Positions 1 to 10,149 of a DNA stretch of 64,000 nucleotides are shown one piece after another. Position 1 is the first letter of the stretch. Each line of letters starts with the position of its first letter. Under the pieces are notes generated by a model. That model was not told where the DNA came from. It did no database searches and saw only the letters and a list, made by a program, of their open reading frames with translations. The translations under genes were made by a program, and so were the position numbers. The DNA is taken from assembly GCA_963828165.1 (NCBI GenBank), contig CAWHDR010000005.1, positions 32,001-96,000 of the forward strand, read 5' to 3'. This DNA comes from an uncultured Chloroflexia bacterium (GTDB lineage Bacteria > Chloroflexota > Limnocylindria > Limnocylindrales > CSP1-4).

Positions 1-38
1 ATATCGCCGGACAGGATGTGCGAGACGTCGTCGACCAT
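1..38 (-). CDS. 5' end of a gene running off the window (MVDDVSHILSGD...)
   Basis: ATG at 38-36, preceded by an extended -10-like TGcTACCAT; only 12 codons visible. Confidence 0.3.
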   Translation of the reverse strand, partial: MVDDVSHILSGD

Positions 39-130
39 CGCGCGTGATGGTAGCACAGCGCACGTCCATTTCGCACGGATGTTCGAACGTCTCGGAATGG
101 CCACCACGCGACTAGGCATTCGGGTCTACC

Positions 131-616
131 ATGCCGCGCATGCGACTGTCGCGCCGCTCCGAATACGGCCTCCGCGCGCTGGTCGACCTCGTCCGACACG
201 ATGGCGCCGGACCGGTCGCCCTGGGCGCCCTGGCCCAGCGGAACAACCTGCCGACGAAGTTCCTCGAGCAGATCATGGCGACCCTCAAGCACGGCGGGGT
301 CGTCCGCACGACGCTCGGGTCCCACGGTGGCTACGCGATGGCCGCCGACGCGTCGGCGGTGTCGATCGGGCGGGTCATCCGGCTGCTCGACGGGGCGCTG
401 GCGCCGCTCCCCTGCGTCTCGCTGCGCTACTACGGGCGTTGTTCGTGTCCGGACGAGGCGACCTGCCCGCTACGCGACGTGATGATCGATGTCCGCGACG
501 TCATGCTCGAGATCCTCGACAAGGAGAGCCTGGCCGAGCTCGCGGCCCGCGAGGGCCGGGCGTCCATCGACCCACGCGGGCTGCACGAGGACGCCCTGGC
601 CGGCCGCCGGCCGTAG
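131..616 (+). CDS. Rrf2 family transcriptional regulator, probably Fe-S binding
   Basis: RLSRRSEYGLRAL, KFLEQI..LK..G.V....G..GGY wHTH; C-terminal Cys cluster PCVS..RCSC...TC. Confidence 0.9.
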   Translation: MPRMRLSRRSEYGLRALVDLVRHDGAGPVALGALAQRNNLPTKFLEQIMATLKHGGVVRTTLGSHGGYAMAADASAVSIGRVIRLLDGALAPLPCVSLRYYGRCSCPDEATCPLRDVMIDVRDVMLEILDKESLAELAAREGRASIDPRGLHEDALAGRRP

Positions 617-629
617 GCTCGGGCCGGCG

Positions 630-1226
630 CTAGTCGCGGAGCAAGCTCCGCAGCGCCGCCTTGACCCGCTCCTCGAGGTTCGTGCCCACGCCGACGTCGG
701 CAAGGGCCGTCCGCGACGCCTCGCGTGCCTCCGCCAGCGAGTAGCCCAGCGCCTGGAGCGCGGCCACGATCTCGCCCTCCCCGGCGGCGCCACCCGGCCC
801 GGACGGGCCGAGCGCCGCGACCCCGGCCGCAGCGACCTTCTCCTTGAGCTCGAAGATGATCCGCTCGGCCAGCTTCTTGCCGATGCCCGGGATCGACACG
901 AGCACGGCCTGATCCGCGGTCATGATCGCGAGCTGGAGATCCGCGATCGGCCGCGACCCGACGATCGCCAGCGCCACCTTGGGCCCGACGCTGTTCACGG
1001 TCAGCAGCAGGTTGAAGAACCCGAGCTCCTCCGCGGTCCGAAATCCGTACAGCGCCTGCTGGTCCTCGCGGACGAGGTGGTACGTGTGCAGCTTCAGCCG
1101 GCCCCCCGCCACGGCCGAGGCGATGATCGCCGGCGCCGCGAACACCCGGTACCCCATCCCGCCGACCTCGATGACGAGCGAATCGGCCGTGATCGCCCCG
1201 ACGACCCCCTCGACCGACGCGATCAC
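630..1226 (-). CDS. ruvA: Holliday junction branch migration protein RuvA
   Basis: GTG start MIASVEG; GGMGYRV, VREDQQALYGF, VGPKVAL, IPGIGKKLAERI, ALQALGY. Confidence 0.95.
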   Translation of the reverse strand: MIASVEGVVGAITADSLVIEVGGMGYRVFAAPAIIASAVAGGRLKLHTYHLVREDQQALYGFRTAEELGFFNLLLTVNSVGPKVALAIVGSRPIADLQLAIMTADQAVLVSIPGIGKKLAERIIFELKEKVAAAGVAALGPSGPGGAAGEGEIVAALQALGYSLAEAREASRTALADVGVGTNLEERVKAALRSLLRD

Positions 1227-1233
1227 CTCGTCG

Positions 1234-1852
1234 CTACGACGCGGTGCGCTTGGCGGCGAGGGCGTCGGCCTTCTCGCGGGCGATCGCCTCGCGCACGGCG
1301 CGCTCGTAGCCCGAGCCACCGCGCGTGATGGGCGCGACGGCCGAGCGGTCCATCACGGCCGCCGTGGCCGCGCCGACCCCGGAGCTCTCCGTGTTCGCCG
1401 CCCAGACCGCGATCGCGAGCGCGTCCGCGGCGTCGTCCGGTCGGGGGCGCTCGGCCATCGCGAGCACGACCTGGACCATCCGCTGGACCTGCTCCTTGTC
1501 CGCCGCCCCGTAGCCCGCGATGGCCGACTTGACTTCGTTCGGGGTCGCTTCGCGGACCGGCACGGCGTGCTGGGCCGCCGCCAGCAGCACGACCCCGCGC
1601 GCCTGGCCGACCGCGAAGGCCGTCTGCACGTTCTTCGAGAAGAACAGGCGCTCGACGGCAACCACGTGTGGCTGGTGGAGCGCGATCAGCTCGTCGACGC
1701 AGGTGTGGATCGCGTGTAACCGCTCGGGCAGGGACGAATCAGGCTGACGTCACGAGGCAGCCGTGGTCCACCTCGCGCACGCGGCCGCGCGTCGCCTCCA
1801 CGATCCCGTAGCCCAGCGCCGCGGTCCCCGGGTCGATGCCCAGGACGATCAC
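1234..1852 (-). CDS. ruvC: Crossover junction endodeoxyribonuclease RuvC (frameshift near 1742)
   Basis: N-terminus IVLGIDPGTAALGYG in one frame; AVERLFF..GQARG..K.QV..DDAADALAIA in another; removing one base joins them. Confidence 0.9.
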
Positions 1853-2601
1853 CCGGCGACCTCGGCGAAGACCTCTTCGGGGATGTCGAAGTTGGCCGTC
1901 ACGCGCGATACGTCCTCGAGGTCCTCGAGCGACTCCACGAGCCGGAGGGCCTGACGCGCCTTCGCGACGTCCAGCTCGACGGTCTGTTTCGCGACCATCG
2001 TGGACTCGGCCGATTCGACGGGCACGCCGGCGCCTTCGAGGGCGGCCCGGACGGCCTCGAGCTCGGCGGGCGTCGTGTAGACCCCGATCGCCTCGTCGTC
2101 GTCGGTGTCGACGTCCTCGGCGCCGGCATCGATCGCGGACAGCGTGACCTCGTCCGCATCCAGCCCTGCGCGAGGCACCGTGATCAGGCCTCGCGGCTCG
2201 AACTGCCACGCGACCGCACCCGAGCCCGCGAGCTGGCCGCCGGACTTCGCGAACATCGAGCGGACTTCCGCCGCGGTCCGGTTGCGATTGTCGGTCTGGG
2301 CCTCGACGAGGACCGCCACACCGCCGGGGCCGTAGCCCTCGTAGACGATCTCTTCGTACTGCTCGGCCTCGCCGCCACCGGTCGCCTTGTCGATCGTCCG
2401 CTTGATGTTGTCGGACGGCATGTTCACCGAGCGCGCCTTCTCGATCGCGAGGCGGAGCCGGTAGTTCGCGTCAGGGTCGCCGCCGCCCTGCCGAGCGGCC
2501 ACGCTGATCTCGCGCGCGACCTTCGTGAAGAGCGCGCCGCGCTTGGCGTCGGTCACGCCTTTCTGGCGCTTGATCGTGGACCATTTGCTATGACCTGACA
2601 T
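1849..2601 (-). CDS. yebC: YebC/PmpR family protein
   Basis: MSGHSKWSTIKRQK, YEGYGPGG, TDNRNRT. Confidence 0.95.
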   Translation of the reverse strand: MSGHSKWSTIKRQKGVTDAKRGALFTKVAREISVAARQGGGDPDANYRLRLAIEKARSVNMPSDNIKRTIDKATGGGEAEQYEEIVYEGYGPGGVAVLVEAQTDNRNRTAAEVRSMFAKSGGQLAGSGAVAWQFEPRGLITVPRAGLDADEVTLSAIDAGAEDVDTDDDEAIGVYTTPAELEAVRAALEGAGVPVESAESTMVAKQTVELDVAKARQALRLVESLEDLEDVSRVTANFDIPEEVFAEVAG

Positions 2602-2691
2602 CGCGGGCCGGAGTATAGCCGACTATCATGGCCGAACCCCGCTCCCTACCGGCCCCGGTCGCACCCTTCCACAGGAGGAACGTCTGGCCCG

Positions 2692-4788
2692 ATGACGATG
2701 AAGAGCGTCGACCTGCCCCACCTCCGAAGCGTCGTCCTGGCCGGCCACGCCGGCGGCGGCAAGACGACGCTCGCGGAGCAGTTGCTGTTCAACGCCGGAG
2801 CGATCCCGCGGCTGGGTCGCGTGGACGATGGCAGCGCCCACCTGGACTTCGAGCCCGAGGAGCAGAAGCGCCGCGAGTCGCTGAGCCTGGCGGTCGGGAC
2901 CTTCGAGCACGACGGCACCCGGATCTCGCTCGTCGACACGCCCGGCTACCCGGACTTCGTCGCCGATACGGTCGAGGGGTTCGCGGCGGCCGACGGCGCC
3001 CTGTTCGTCATGGACGCGTCCGCGGGCGTCGGGGCGGGGCTCGAGCAGGCGGTCGCCCTGGGTCGCAAGAGCGGGACGGCGGCATGCTTCTTCATCAACA
3101 AGTCCGACCGTGAGAACGCCGACCCGACGGCCGCGCTCGATGCCCTCCGAGCGACCTTCGGCGACAAGATCGCCCCGCTCCAGATCGCGATCGGGGCAGC
3201 CGATTCGTTCGACGGCCACATCGACCTCGTCCATCGGAAGGCCTACAAGTGGAACGGCACGGACGAAGTCGAGATCCCGATGCCCGAGGAGCTCGCCGAC
3301 GAGGTCGCGATGCGCCGCGACCAGCTCCTCGCAGCCGCGGCCGAGGCCGACGACGACGTGCTGGTCAAGTACCTCGACGGGGAGGACGTCTCCGACCCCG
3401 AGCTCGAGGCCTGCCTGCGCAAGGGCGTGAAGGAAAGCATCCTGGCGCCGGTCCTCGTGGGTTCGGCGGCCAAGGGCATCGGTCTGCGTGCGCTGCTCGA
3501 CGCCATCGTCCGCTACCTCCCCTCCCCGGCCGACGAGGCGCCCTCCCAGGCCATCGACAAGGGTGGCGCGGACGTCGAGATCCCCGCCGACGAGAACGGT
3601 CCCCTCCTGGTCCGGGTCTTCAAGACGACCGCGGACCCGTTCGTCGGCCGGCTCACCTATCTGCGGGTCCTCTCGGGCACGCTGCGCTCCCAGGCGCACG
3701 TCTGGAACACGACTCGCGACCAGGACGAGCGGATCGGGCAGCTCCTGCTGCTGCACGGCAAGGACCAGGAGCCCATCGGCGAGCTGAAGGCCGGCGAGAT
3801 CGGGGCGGTCGCCAAGCTGGCCGTGACCGAGACCGGCGACACGCTCGCCACGAAGGAGCGGCCGCTGCAGTTGCCGGCCCTCGAGTTCCCGGCTCCGTCG
3901 CTGCTGGTCGCCATCGAGCCGGTCTCCAAGCAGGACCTCGACAAGATGGGGCCTGCCCTCGCCCGGATGCTCGAGGAGGAGCCGACCGCTCGTCTCGAGC
4001 GCTCGGACACCGGCGAGCAGGTGCTCCGGACGATGGGCGAGGCCCACACCGCGGTGATCATCGAGCGGCTCAAGCGCAAGTTCGGGGCCGCGATCGCGAC
4101 CCACACCCCCAAGGTGCCGTACCGGGAGACGATCCGCGGGACGACCAAGGTCCACGGCCGCTACAAGAAGCAGACCGGTGGCCACGGGATGTTCGGCGAC
4201 GTCTGGCTGGAGCTGGAGCCGAATCCCGGCGCCGGCATCGAGTTCGCGGAGAAGGTCGTCGGCGGGTCGGTGCCCAAGGGGTTCTTCGCCGGCGTGGAGA
4301 AAGGGGTCCGCGAGGCGGCGGCCGAGGGCGTGCTCGCCGGCTATCCCCTGTCCGACTTCAAGGCCACCCTCTACGACGGCTCGTTCCACCCGGTCGACTC
4401 GAACGAGCTGTCGTTCAAGATCGCGGCCTCGATGGCGCTCAAGGACGGCGTCCAGCAGGCGCATCCGGCCCTGCTCGAGCCGATCATGGCGGTCGAGATC
4501 CGGGTGCCCGAGCAGTACATGGGCGAGGTCAATCGCGACCTGAACGGGAAGCGCGGCCGGGTCCTGGGCATGGACACCGACGGCAGCGATCAGATCATCA
4601 CGGCGCACGTGCCCCAGGCCGAGCTGTTCTCGTACGCGACGGAGCTGCGGTCACTGGCGCACGGGCGCGGCTCGTTCACCGCGGTCCTCGACCACTACGA
4701 GGACGTGCCGGGCCACGTCGCGGAGAAGGTCATCGAGGAGCACCGCAAGACCGGCGACGGGTCGGGCGGCGGGCACGCCGGTCGCTGA
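2692..4788 (+). CDS. Elongation factor G-like protein (EF-G2 paralog)
   Basis: GHAGGGKTT, DTPGYPDF, NKSD, KKQTGGHG, GSFHPVDS; switch-I RGITI replaced by RESLS; not in the str operon. Confidence 0.9.
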   Translation: MTMKSVDLPHLRSVVLAGHAGGGKTTLAEQLLFNAGAIPRLGRVDDGSAHLDFEPEEQKRRESLSLAVGTFEHDGTRISLVDTPGYPDFVADTVEGFAAADGALFVMDASAGVGAGLEQAVALGRKSGTAACFFINKSDRENADPTAALDALRATFGDKIAPLQIAIGAADSFDGHIDLVHRKAYKWNGTDEVEIPMPEELADEVAMRRDQLLAAAAEADDDVLVKYLDGEDVSDPELEACLRKGVKESILAPVLVGSAAKGIGLRALLDAIVRYLPSPADEAPSQAIDKGGADVEIPADENGPLLVRVFKTTADPFVGRLTYLRVLSGTLRSQAHVWNTTRDQDERIGQLLLLHGKDQEPIGELKAGEIGAVAKLAVTETGDTLATKERPLQLPALEFPAPSLLVAIEPVSKQDLDKMGPALARMLEEEPTARLERSDTGEQVLRTMGEAHTAVIIERLKRKFGAAIATHTPKVPYRETIRGTTKVHGRYKKQTGGHGMFGDVWLELEPNPGAGIEFAEKVVGGSVPKGFFAGVEKGVREAAAEGVLAGYPLSDFKATLYDGSFHPVDSNELSFKIAASMALKDGVQQAHPALLEPIMAVEIRVPEQYMGEVNRDLNGKRGRVLGMDTDGSDQIITAHVPQAELFSYATELRSLAHGRGSFTAVLDHYEDVPGHVAEKVIEEHRKTGDGSGGGHAGR

Positions 4789-5029
4789 GGCGTCCCGCGC
4801 GGTCCGGCGGCGGCCGCCCGGTTCCGGGCGACGTCAGCCCCAGGCACATCCCTGGCACAGGCGAGCGTGACCGAGCGCTTCGAACGCCCGATAGCGCGAT
4901 CTGGGCGCCGGTTCGTGCACGGCTGTCGCGAGATCGTGCCTGGTGATGACGGTCATGATCGGCCGCCGCACGGCTGTGCCGAGAACGTGTCTCGTGGTGA
5001 CGCGGGCTGGACCTGATCGGGGGCCGACG

Positions 5030-5770
5030 TCACCGCGAACGGCCGCGCATGGCCTGAGCGAGTTCAAACCGACCCTCGTACAGCGCCCGGCCCACGATCG
5101 CCCCGGCACAGCCGAGCGCCTGGACCACGTTGATGTCGTCAAGCGACGAAATCCCACCCGAAGCGATCACCTCGCCGCGACCGATGCGAAGCAGTCGTCC
5201 GAGGAGATCCACGTCCGGACCGCCGAGCCGGCCGTCCCGGTCGATGGCGGTCGCCTCGAACGTCGTTACGTCCTGGTCGGCGAGGGCGATCAAGGCATCC
5301 TCCGCGCGCACGCCCCGGGCGCCGGCGCGCCACCCCTCCCCGAGCGCCAGACCGTCTCGGACGTCCAGGGCGACCACGATCCGGTCGGGCCCGTGGGTCG
5401 CGACGAGGCGACCGGCAAATTCGGGGTCACGTAACGCCGCGGTGCCCACCACGGCGCGGGCGGCCCCCCCGGCGAGCACGGTGGCCACGGACTCGTCCGT
5501 CCGGAGGCCGCCCGCCACCTCGACCCGGAGCCGGTCCCCGACCGCTTCGACGATCCCGCGGATCACCGCGGTGTGTGCCGGTTCTCCGGTCCGGGCGCCG
5601 TCAAGGTCGACGACGTGGAGCCACCTCGCCCCGGCTTTCGCGAACGACCGGGCAACCGCCACCGGATCGTCGGAGAACGCGGTCTCCTGCTCGAAGTCGC
5701 CCTGCACGAGCCGAACCACGCGACCAGCGCGCAGGTCGATCGCGGGCAGGATCTCGAAGTCACTTGTCAC
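5030..5770 (-). CDS. hisA: ProFAR isomerase
   Basis: ILPAIDLRAGRVVRLVQG, LHVVDLDGA, IASGG. Confidence 0.93.
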   Translation of the reverse strand: MTSDFEILPAIDLRAGRVVRLVQGDFEQETAFSDDPVAVARSFAKAGARWLHVVDLDGARTGEPAHTAVIRGIVEAVGDRLRVEVAGGLRTDESVATVLAGGAARAVVGTAALRDPEFAGRLVATHGPDRIVVALDVRDGLALGEGWRAGARGVRAEDALIALADQDVTTFEATAIDRDGRLGGPDVDLLGRLLRIGRGEVIASGGISSLDDINVVQALGCAGAIVGRALYEGRFELAQAMRGRSR

Positions 5771-5784
5771 CGATGCCTCACCGT

Positions 5785-5825
5785 GTTATCGTTTTAGCAC
5801 GCTACTACGTTAGCACGATAGCGAG
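5785..5825. promoter_or_regulatory. Putative HisR (TrpR/YerC) operator in the divergent hisA/hisR spacer
   Basis: AT-rich 8-bp-phased units TTATCGTT/TTAGCACG/CTACTACG/TTAGCACG/ATAGCGAG with dyad GTTATCGT..ACGATAGC. Confidence 0.55.
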
Positions 5826-5837
5826 GTACCACGGGCG

Positions 5838-6126
5838 ATGGCCCAGGACTGGCGAACCCCCGACACGGAAGCGCTCTTCGACGCGATCCTCAGGCTCGAT
5901 ACGCCCGAGGAGGCCGAGCGCTACTTCCGCGACCTTCTGCACCCTGAAGGAGCTCCACGACATGGCCCAGCGCTGGGCGGTGGCGCGCCTCCTCGACCAG
6001 GGCATGCACTACGCCGAGATCTCGCGAACGACCGGCGCGAGCACCGCCACGATCACGCGGATCGCGTCGTGGCTCAACCACGGTGAGGGCGGCTACCGCG
6101 CGATGCTGGACAAGGCGAAGGCATGA
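5838..6126 (+). CDS. YerC/YecD TrpR-like repressor (HisR), frameshift near 5936
   Basis: LFDAILRL....E..RYF.D, then (shifted) CT.KEL..MAQR..VA..L..G..Y..I...TGASTATITR. Confidence 0.88.
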
Positions 6127-6983
6127 GGGAGCGCCTCCGCCTTGCCGTCCCGAACAAGGGACGGATGGTCGAACCGACCCTTCGGCTCCTCCACGATGCC
6201 GGGCTCGTGTTCGACGAGCACGACCGCAGCCTCGTCGCCCGCGTCCAGAACCATGATCTCGACATCCTGTTCGTCCGGACCAACGACATCATCGAGTTCG
6301 TCGGCGACGGCGTGGCTGACCTCGGGATCACCGGGATCGACCTCCTGTCCGAGACCGGCGCCGAGCTACCGCGCATCCGCGAGCTGGGGTATGGCCGCTG
6401 CCGCCTGGCCGCCGCCGTCCCCAACGACACGCCCTATCGAACGGTCGAGGACCTGCGCGGGCTGCGCGTCGCGACCGCTCACCCCAACACCGCGCGTCGG
6501 TTCTTCGAAGCGCAGGGCATCGCGGTCGACATCATCCCGATCTCGGGTGCCGTGGAGGTCGCGCCACGCCTCGGTCTGGCCGAGGCCATCGTCGATCTCG
6601 TGTCCACCGGGTCCACCCTCGTCATGAACGGCCTGCGCCAGATCGGCGACGTCCTCGAGTCGGAAGCCGTCCTCGTCGCCAACTCGACGGCCGACCGTGA
6701 GCGCCGCGCCGACCTGGACGCGATCGACACGATGATCAGCGCCGTCATCGCCGCCCGCGGCCGGAAGTACGTGATGATGAACGCTCCCGCGGCCTGCCTG
6801 CCCGAGCTCGAGGCGCTCCTTCCGGCACTCGAATCCCCCACGGTCATCCCGCTCGCGCACGACGGCATGATCGCGATCCACTCGGTCGTCGGTGCGGACG
6901 ACGTCTGGGGGCTGCTCCCCCGCCTCAAGGCCTCGGGCGCATCCGGCATCCTCGTGCTCCCCATCGAGAAGATCGTCCCGTGA
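6123..6983 (+). CDS. hisG: ATP phosphoribosyltransferase, long form
   Basis: LRLAVPNKGR, DLGITG.D, GAVEVAP.LG, DLVSTGSTL; C-terminal regulatory domain present. Confidence 0.95.
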   Translation: MRERLRLAVPNKGRMVEPTLRLLHDAGLVFDEHDRSLVARVQNHDLDILFVRTNDIIEFVGDGVADLGITGIDLLSETGAELPRIRELGYGRCRLAAAVPNDTPYRTVEDLRGLRVATAHPNTARRFFEAQGIAVDIIPISGAVEVAPRLGLAEAIVDLVSTGSTLVMNGLRQIGDVLESEAVLVANSTADRERRADLDAIDTMISAVIAARGRKYVMMNAPAACLPELEALLPALESPTVIPLAHDGMIAIHSVVGADDVWGLLPRLKASGASGILVLPIEKIVP

Positions 6984-8384
6984 CCACGCCCGCCCCGGCG
7001 GAGACAGGGGTGGCGGCTCCGTCGTCGCCACTCCGTCTCCAACGCCTCGACCTGCGGGACGTGGCCGCGGGTGTGCCGGCGGCCGTCGCACATCGTCGCG
7101 CCCTCGTGCGACGGGGCGCGGTGCCCGATCCAGCCGTCCGCGAGGCGGCCCGCCAGACCCTCGCCGGCGTCCGCGAACGTGGCGACGCCGCGGTCCGTGA
7201 CGCCAACGCGCGGGTCGGTGGTGGCAGGGCCGATGGACGCCTCGTCGCCGAGCCAGCCGAGCTGCGCGCCGCGAGGGACGGCCTCGACAAGCGAACGCGC
7301 CGAGCCCTCGATCAGGCCATCGACCATGTCACCCGCTTCGCCGAGACCCAGCGACCGACCTCGACCCGCACGGAGATCGCGCCCGGGATCGAGATCGAAC
7401 GCCGCTGGGACCCGCTGGCCAGCGTCGGCGCCTACGTCCCGGGTGGTTCGGCGCCGTACCCGAGCTCCTTGATCATGACCGTCGTCCCGGCGCGCGTGGC
7501 CGGGGTCGATCGCGTCGTCGTCGCCAGCCCCGCGGACCGCGACGGCGTCACGAACCCCGTCCTGCTCGGCGTCTCCGGCCTGCTCGAGGTCGAAGCGTTC
7601 GTCGTCGCCGGTGGCGCCCAGGCGATCGGTGCCCTCGCCTACGGCCTGCCCGATGCCGGCCTGGACCCGGTCGACCGGATCGTCGGACCGGGCAACGCCT
7701 GGGTGACCGCGGCAAAGATCGAGGTCTGCGGCGAGGTCGGCATCGACCTGCCCGCGGGTCCATCCGAGGGCCTCGTCCTCGCCGCGCCGCCAGCCGATGC
7801 TCGCCGCGTGGCCCTGGACCTGCTGACCCAGGCCGAGCACGGCCCCGACTCCCCGGCCATCCTCGTCACGACCGACGCGGAGTTCGCGAAGGCGGTCGAA
7901 CGGGAGGTCGGCGCCCTGCTCGACACGGCGTCGCGCCGCGACATCCTCGCCCGTTCGCTCGCCGAGCACGGCCGGATCGTCCTCGCCCCGGACCTCGATG
8001 CCGCGATCGATTTCGTCAACGACTACGCGCCCGAGCATCTCTCGGTCGATGTCGAGCCGCTCGAACCGACCGTCGCTCGCCTACGCAATGCCGGCTCGCT
8101 GTTCGTCGGTCCGTGGGCGCCCGAATCGGCGGGTGACTACGCGACGGGTGCGAACCACGTGCTGCCGACCGGCGGGCTGGCTAGCTCGTCGGGCGGCGCT
8201 CTCGGTCGAGAGCTTCGGCAAGTTCGTCCAGGTCCAGCGGATCAGTCGCGACGGCCTGGCGAGCATCGCCGACACCATCACGACCCTGGCCGAGGCCGAG
8301 GGCCTGCTCGTCCACCGCGATGCCGTCACTCGCCGCTTCGAGGAGTCCGCATCCGCCGACGACCCGAACGGTACGGAACGATGA
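6980..8384 (+). CDS. hisD: Histidinol dehydrogenase (frameshift near 8194 falsely fuses it to hisC in the ORF track)
   Basis: GAYVPGG, GGAQAI, GPGNAWV, AGPSE, QAEHG, APEHL, GDYATGANHVLPT; tail LSVESF..AEAEGL..H in shifted frame. Confidence 0.92.
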
Positions 8385-9526
8385 GTCCGACACCCGTCAC
8401 GTTCACGTCGCCGACCGCACCCGCCTCGTACAGTTGGGAGGCGACGGACGAGGAGGTCTCGGCGCGCTACGGTGTGCCGATCGAGCGCGTGGTCCGTTTC
8501 GACCTGAACACGTCCCCGGCGCCGCCGGACCTGGCTGCACGCGTGCTGGCGGGGGGCCGGTTCGAGACACCCCTGTCCGAGTACGCCCCATCCGATTATC
8601 GGAGGCTCATCGCGGCCGCCGCCGACCGCTACGGCGTGGGGACCGACGAGATCATCGTCGGGGCGGGTGCCGATGAGATCCTCGACATCGTGGGCAAGGT
8701 CTACCTGCCACCTGGGAGTACCGCGGTCGTCCCGACCCCGAGCTACGCGATGTACCGCGTGATCACCGAGCAGCGCGGCGCCACGGTCGACGCCGTGCCA
8801 CGGCTCAGCGCCGCCGAGGGCTACGCCATGGACGTTTCGGCGGTCCGCGCGGCCGCGCGGACGGCCTCCGTCGTGTGGCTGTGCAGCCCCAACAACCCGA
8901 CCGCGCTGCCGGAACCCGACGGCGCGATCGACACCCTCCTCGCCGGTCTCGCGGAGGACGCCGCCAGCGATGCTCGCGAGCCGGCCATCGTCGTGCTCGA
9001 CGAGGCCTACGCCGAGTTCGTCGATCGATCGCTCGTCGGCCTGCGTGAGCGTCACTCGAACCTGATCGTCGCGCGTACCGCGAGCAAGGCCTACGGCCTC
9101 GCTGGATTGCGCGTCGGGTTCGGCATCGCGCGGCCCGAGGTCATCGCGCGGCTGAACCCGTTCCGACCGCCAGGCTCGGTGTCGACGGTCTCGGTGACCG
9201 TCGTGACGGAGGCCCTGCTCGATCCGACGGCGGCGGCGGCCAACATCGCGCGGGTCGTCGCCGAGCGCGAGCGGCTGCGCGCGGCGCTGTCGGCGCTGGG
9301 CTGGTCCGTGGGCCCTTCCGTCACCAACTTCGTGCTCGCGGACCTCGGGTCGACCGACCGGGCCGCCGCCGTCGCCGAGGGCCTCCTGCGCAAGGGGCTC
9401 GTGCCACGCACCTTCCCGGCCGGCCACCCGCTGGCGGACCACCTCCGGCTCACCGTGCGCGCCCCCGGCGAGAACGACCGGCTGATCGAGGCGGCCCGTG
9501 GCCTGGCCGAGGAGGCCACCGCATGA
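8381..9526 (+). CDS. hisC: Histidinol-phosphate aminotransferase
   Basis: GAGADE, CSPNNPT, LDEAYAEF, RTASKAYGLAGLRVG. Confidence 0.92.
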   Translation: MSPTPVTFTSPTAPASYSWEATDEEVSARYGVPIERVVRFDLNTSPAPPDLAARVLAGGRFETPLSEYAPSDYRRLIAAAADRYGVGTDEIIVGAGADEILDIVGKVYLPPGSTAVVPTPSYAMYRVITEQRGATVDAVPRLSAAEGYAMDVSAVRAAARTASVVWLCSPNNPTALPEPDGAIDTLLAGLAEDAASDAREPAIVVLDEAYAEFVDRSLVGLRERHSNLIVARTASKAYGLAGLRVGFGIARPEVIARLNPFRPPGSVSTVSVTVVTEALLDPTAAAANIARVVAERERLRAALSALGWSVGPSVTNFVLADLGSTDRAAAVAEGLLRKGLVPRTFPAGHPLADHLRLTVRAPGENDRLIEAARGLAEEATA

Positions 9527-10149
9527 CGACCCCGGCCGGCGAGTACACGATCGGAGCCCGAGACGGCCGCCGCGTGTCGGTCGCGCGGACCACCCGCGAG
9601 ACTGACGTGACCGTCACGCTCGGCCTCGACGGCGCCGGCCACACCTCGATCGCCACGGGCATCGGCTTCTACGACCATCTCCTGGGGTCCTTCGGCCACC
9701 ACGGCCTGTTCGACCTGGCGATCACGGCCGACGGCGACCTGCAGGTCGACGAGCACCACACCGTCGAGGACGTGGCGCTGGTGCTCGGCGTCGCGTTCGC
9801 CGAGGCGCTGGGCGACCGCGCCGGGATCCAGCGATTCGGCCAGGCGAGCGTGCCCATGGACGAGGCGCTCGCCACGGCCGTCGTCGATGTCGGGGGCCGG
9901 CCGTACGCGGTCATCGACCTCCCCTTCCGTGGCGAACGGGTCGGGGCGCTGCCGCTCCAGCTCATCGAGCACGCCCTCGAAGCGTTCGCCGCGCGGTCCG
10001 GCACGACGCTGCATCTGCGTGGCAGCGGCCGGAACGACCATCACCTGGCCGAAGCGGCGTTCAAGTCGCTCGCGCGCGCCCTGCGCGCCGCGTGCGAGCC
10101 AGATCCACGGCGGAACGGCGTCGCCTCGACGAAGGGCACACTCGGATGA
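9523..10149 (+). CDS. hisB: Imidazoleglycerol-phosphate dehydratase
   Basis: RTTRET, GFYDHLL, DEHHTVED, PMDEA, NDHHLAEA, STKG. Confidence 0.95.
   Translation: MTTPAGEYTIGARDGRRVSVARTTRETDVTVTLGLDGAGHTSIATGIGFYDHLLGSFGHHGLFDLAITADGDLQVDEHHTVEDVALVLGVAFAEALGDRAGIQRFGQASVPMDEALATAVVDVGGRPYAVIDLPFRGERVGALPLQLIEHALEAFAARSGTTLHLRGSGRNDHHLAEAAFKSLARALRAACEPDPRRNGVASTKGTLG

Noticed and set aside
1735-1750. Programmed frameshifting in ruvC, hisR or mutS2
   Set aside because: No slippery sequences or stimulators, and the same +1 pattern occurs in unrelated genes, which points to sequencing error.
4917-5002. CRISPR array
   Set aside because: Only two degenerate copies, a 16-nt spacer and no cas genes.
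6980-9526. 848-aa HisD-HisC fusion in the ORF track
   Set aside because: One extra base near 8194 causes it. The true HisD tail is in another frame and ends at 8384, overlapping the hisC ATG.
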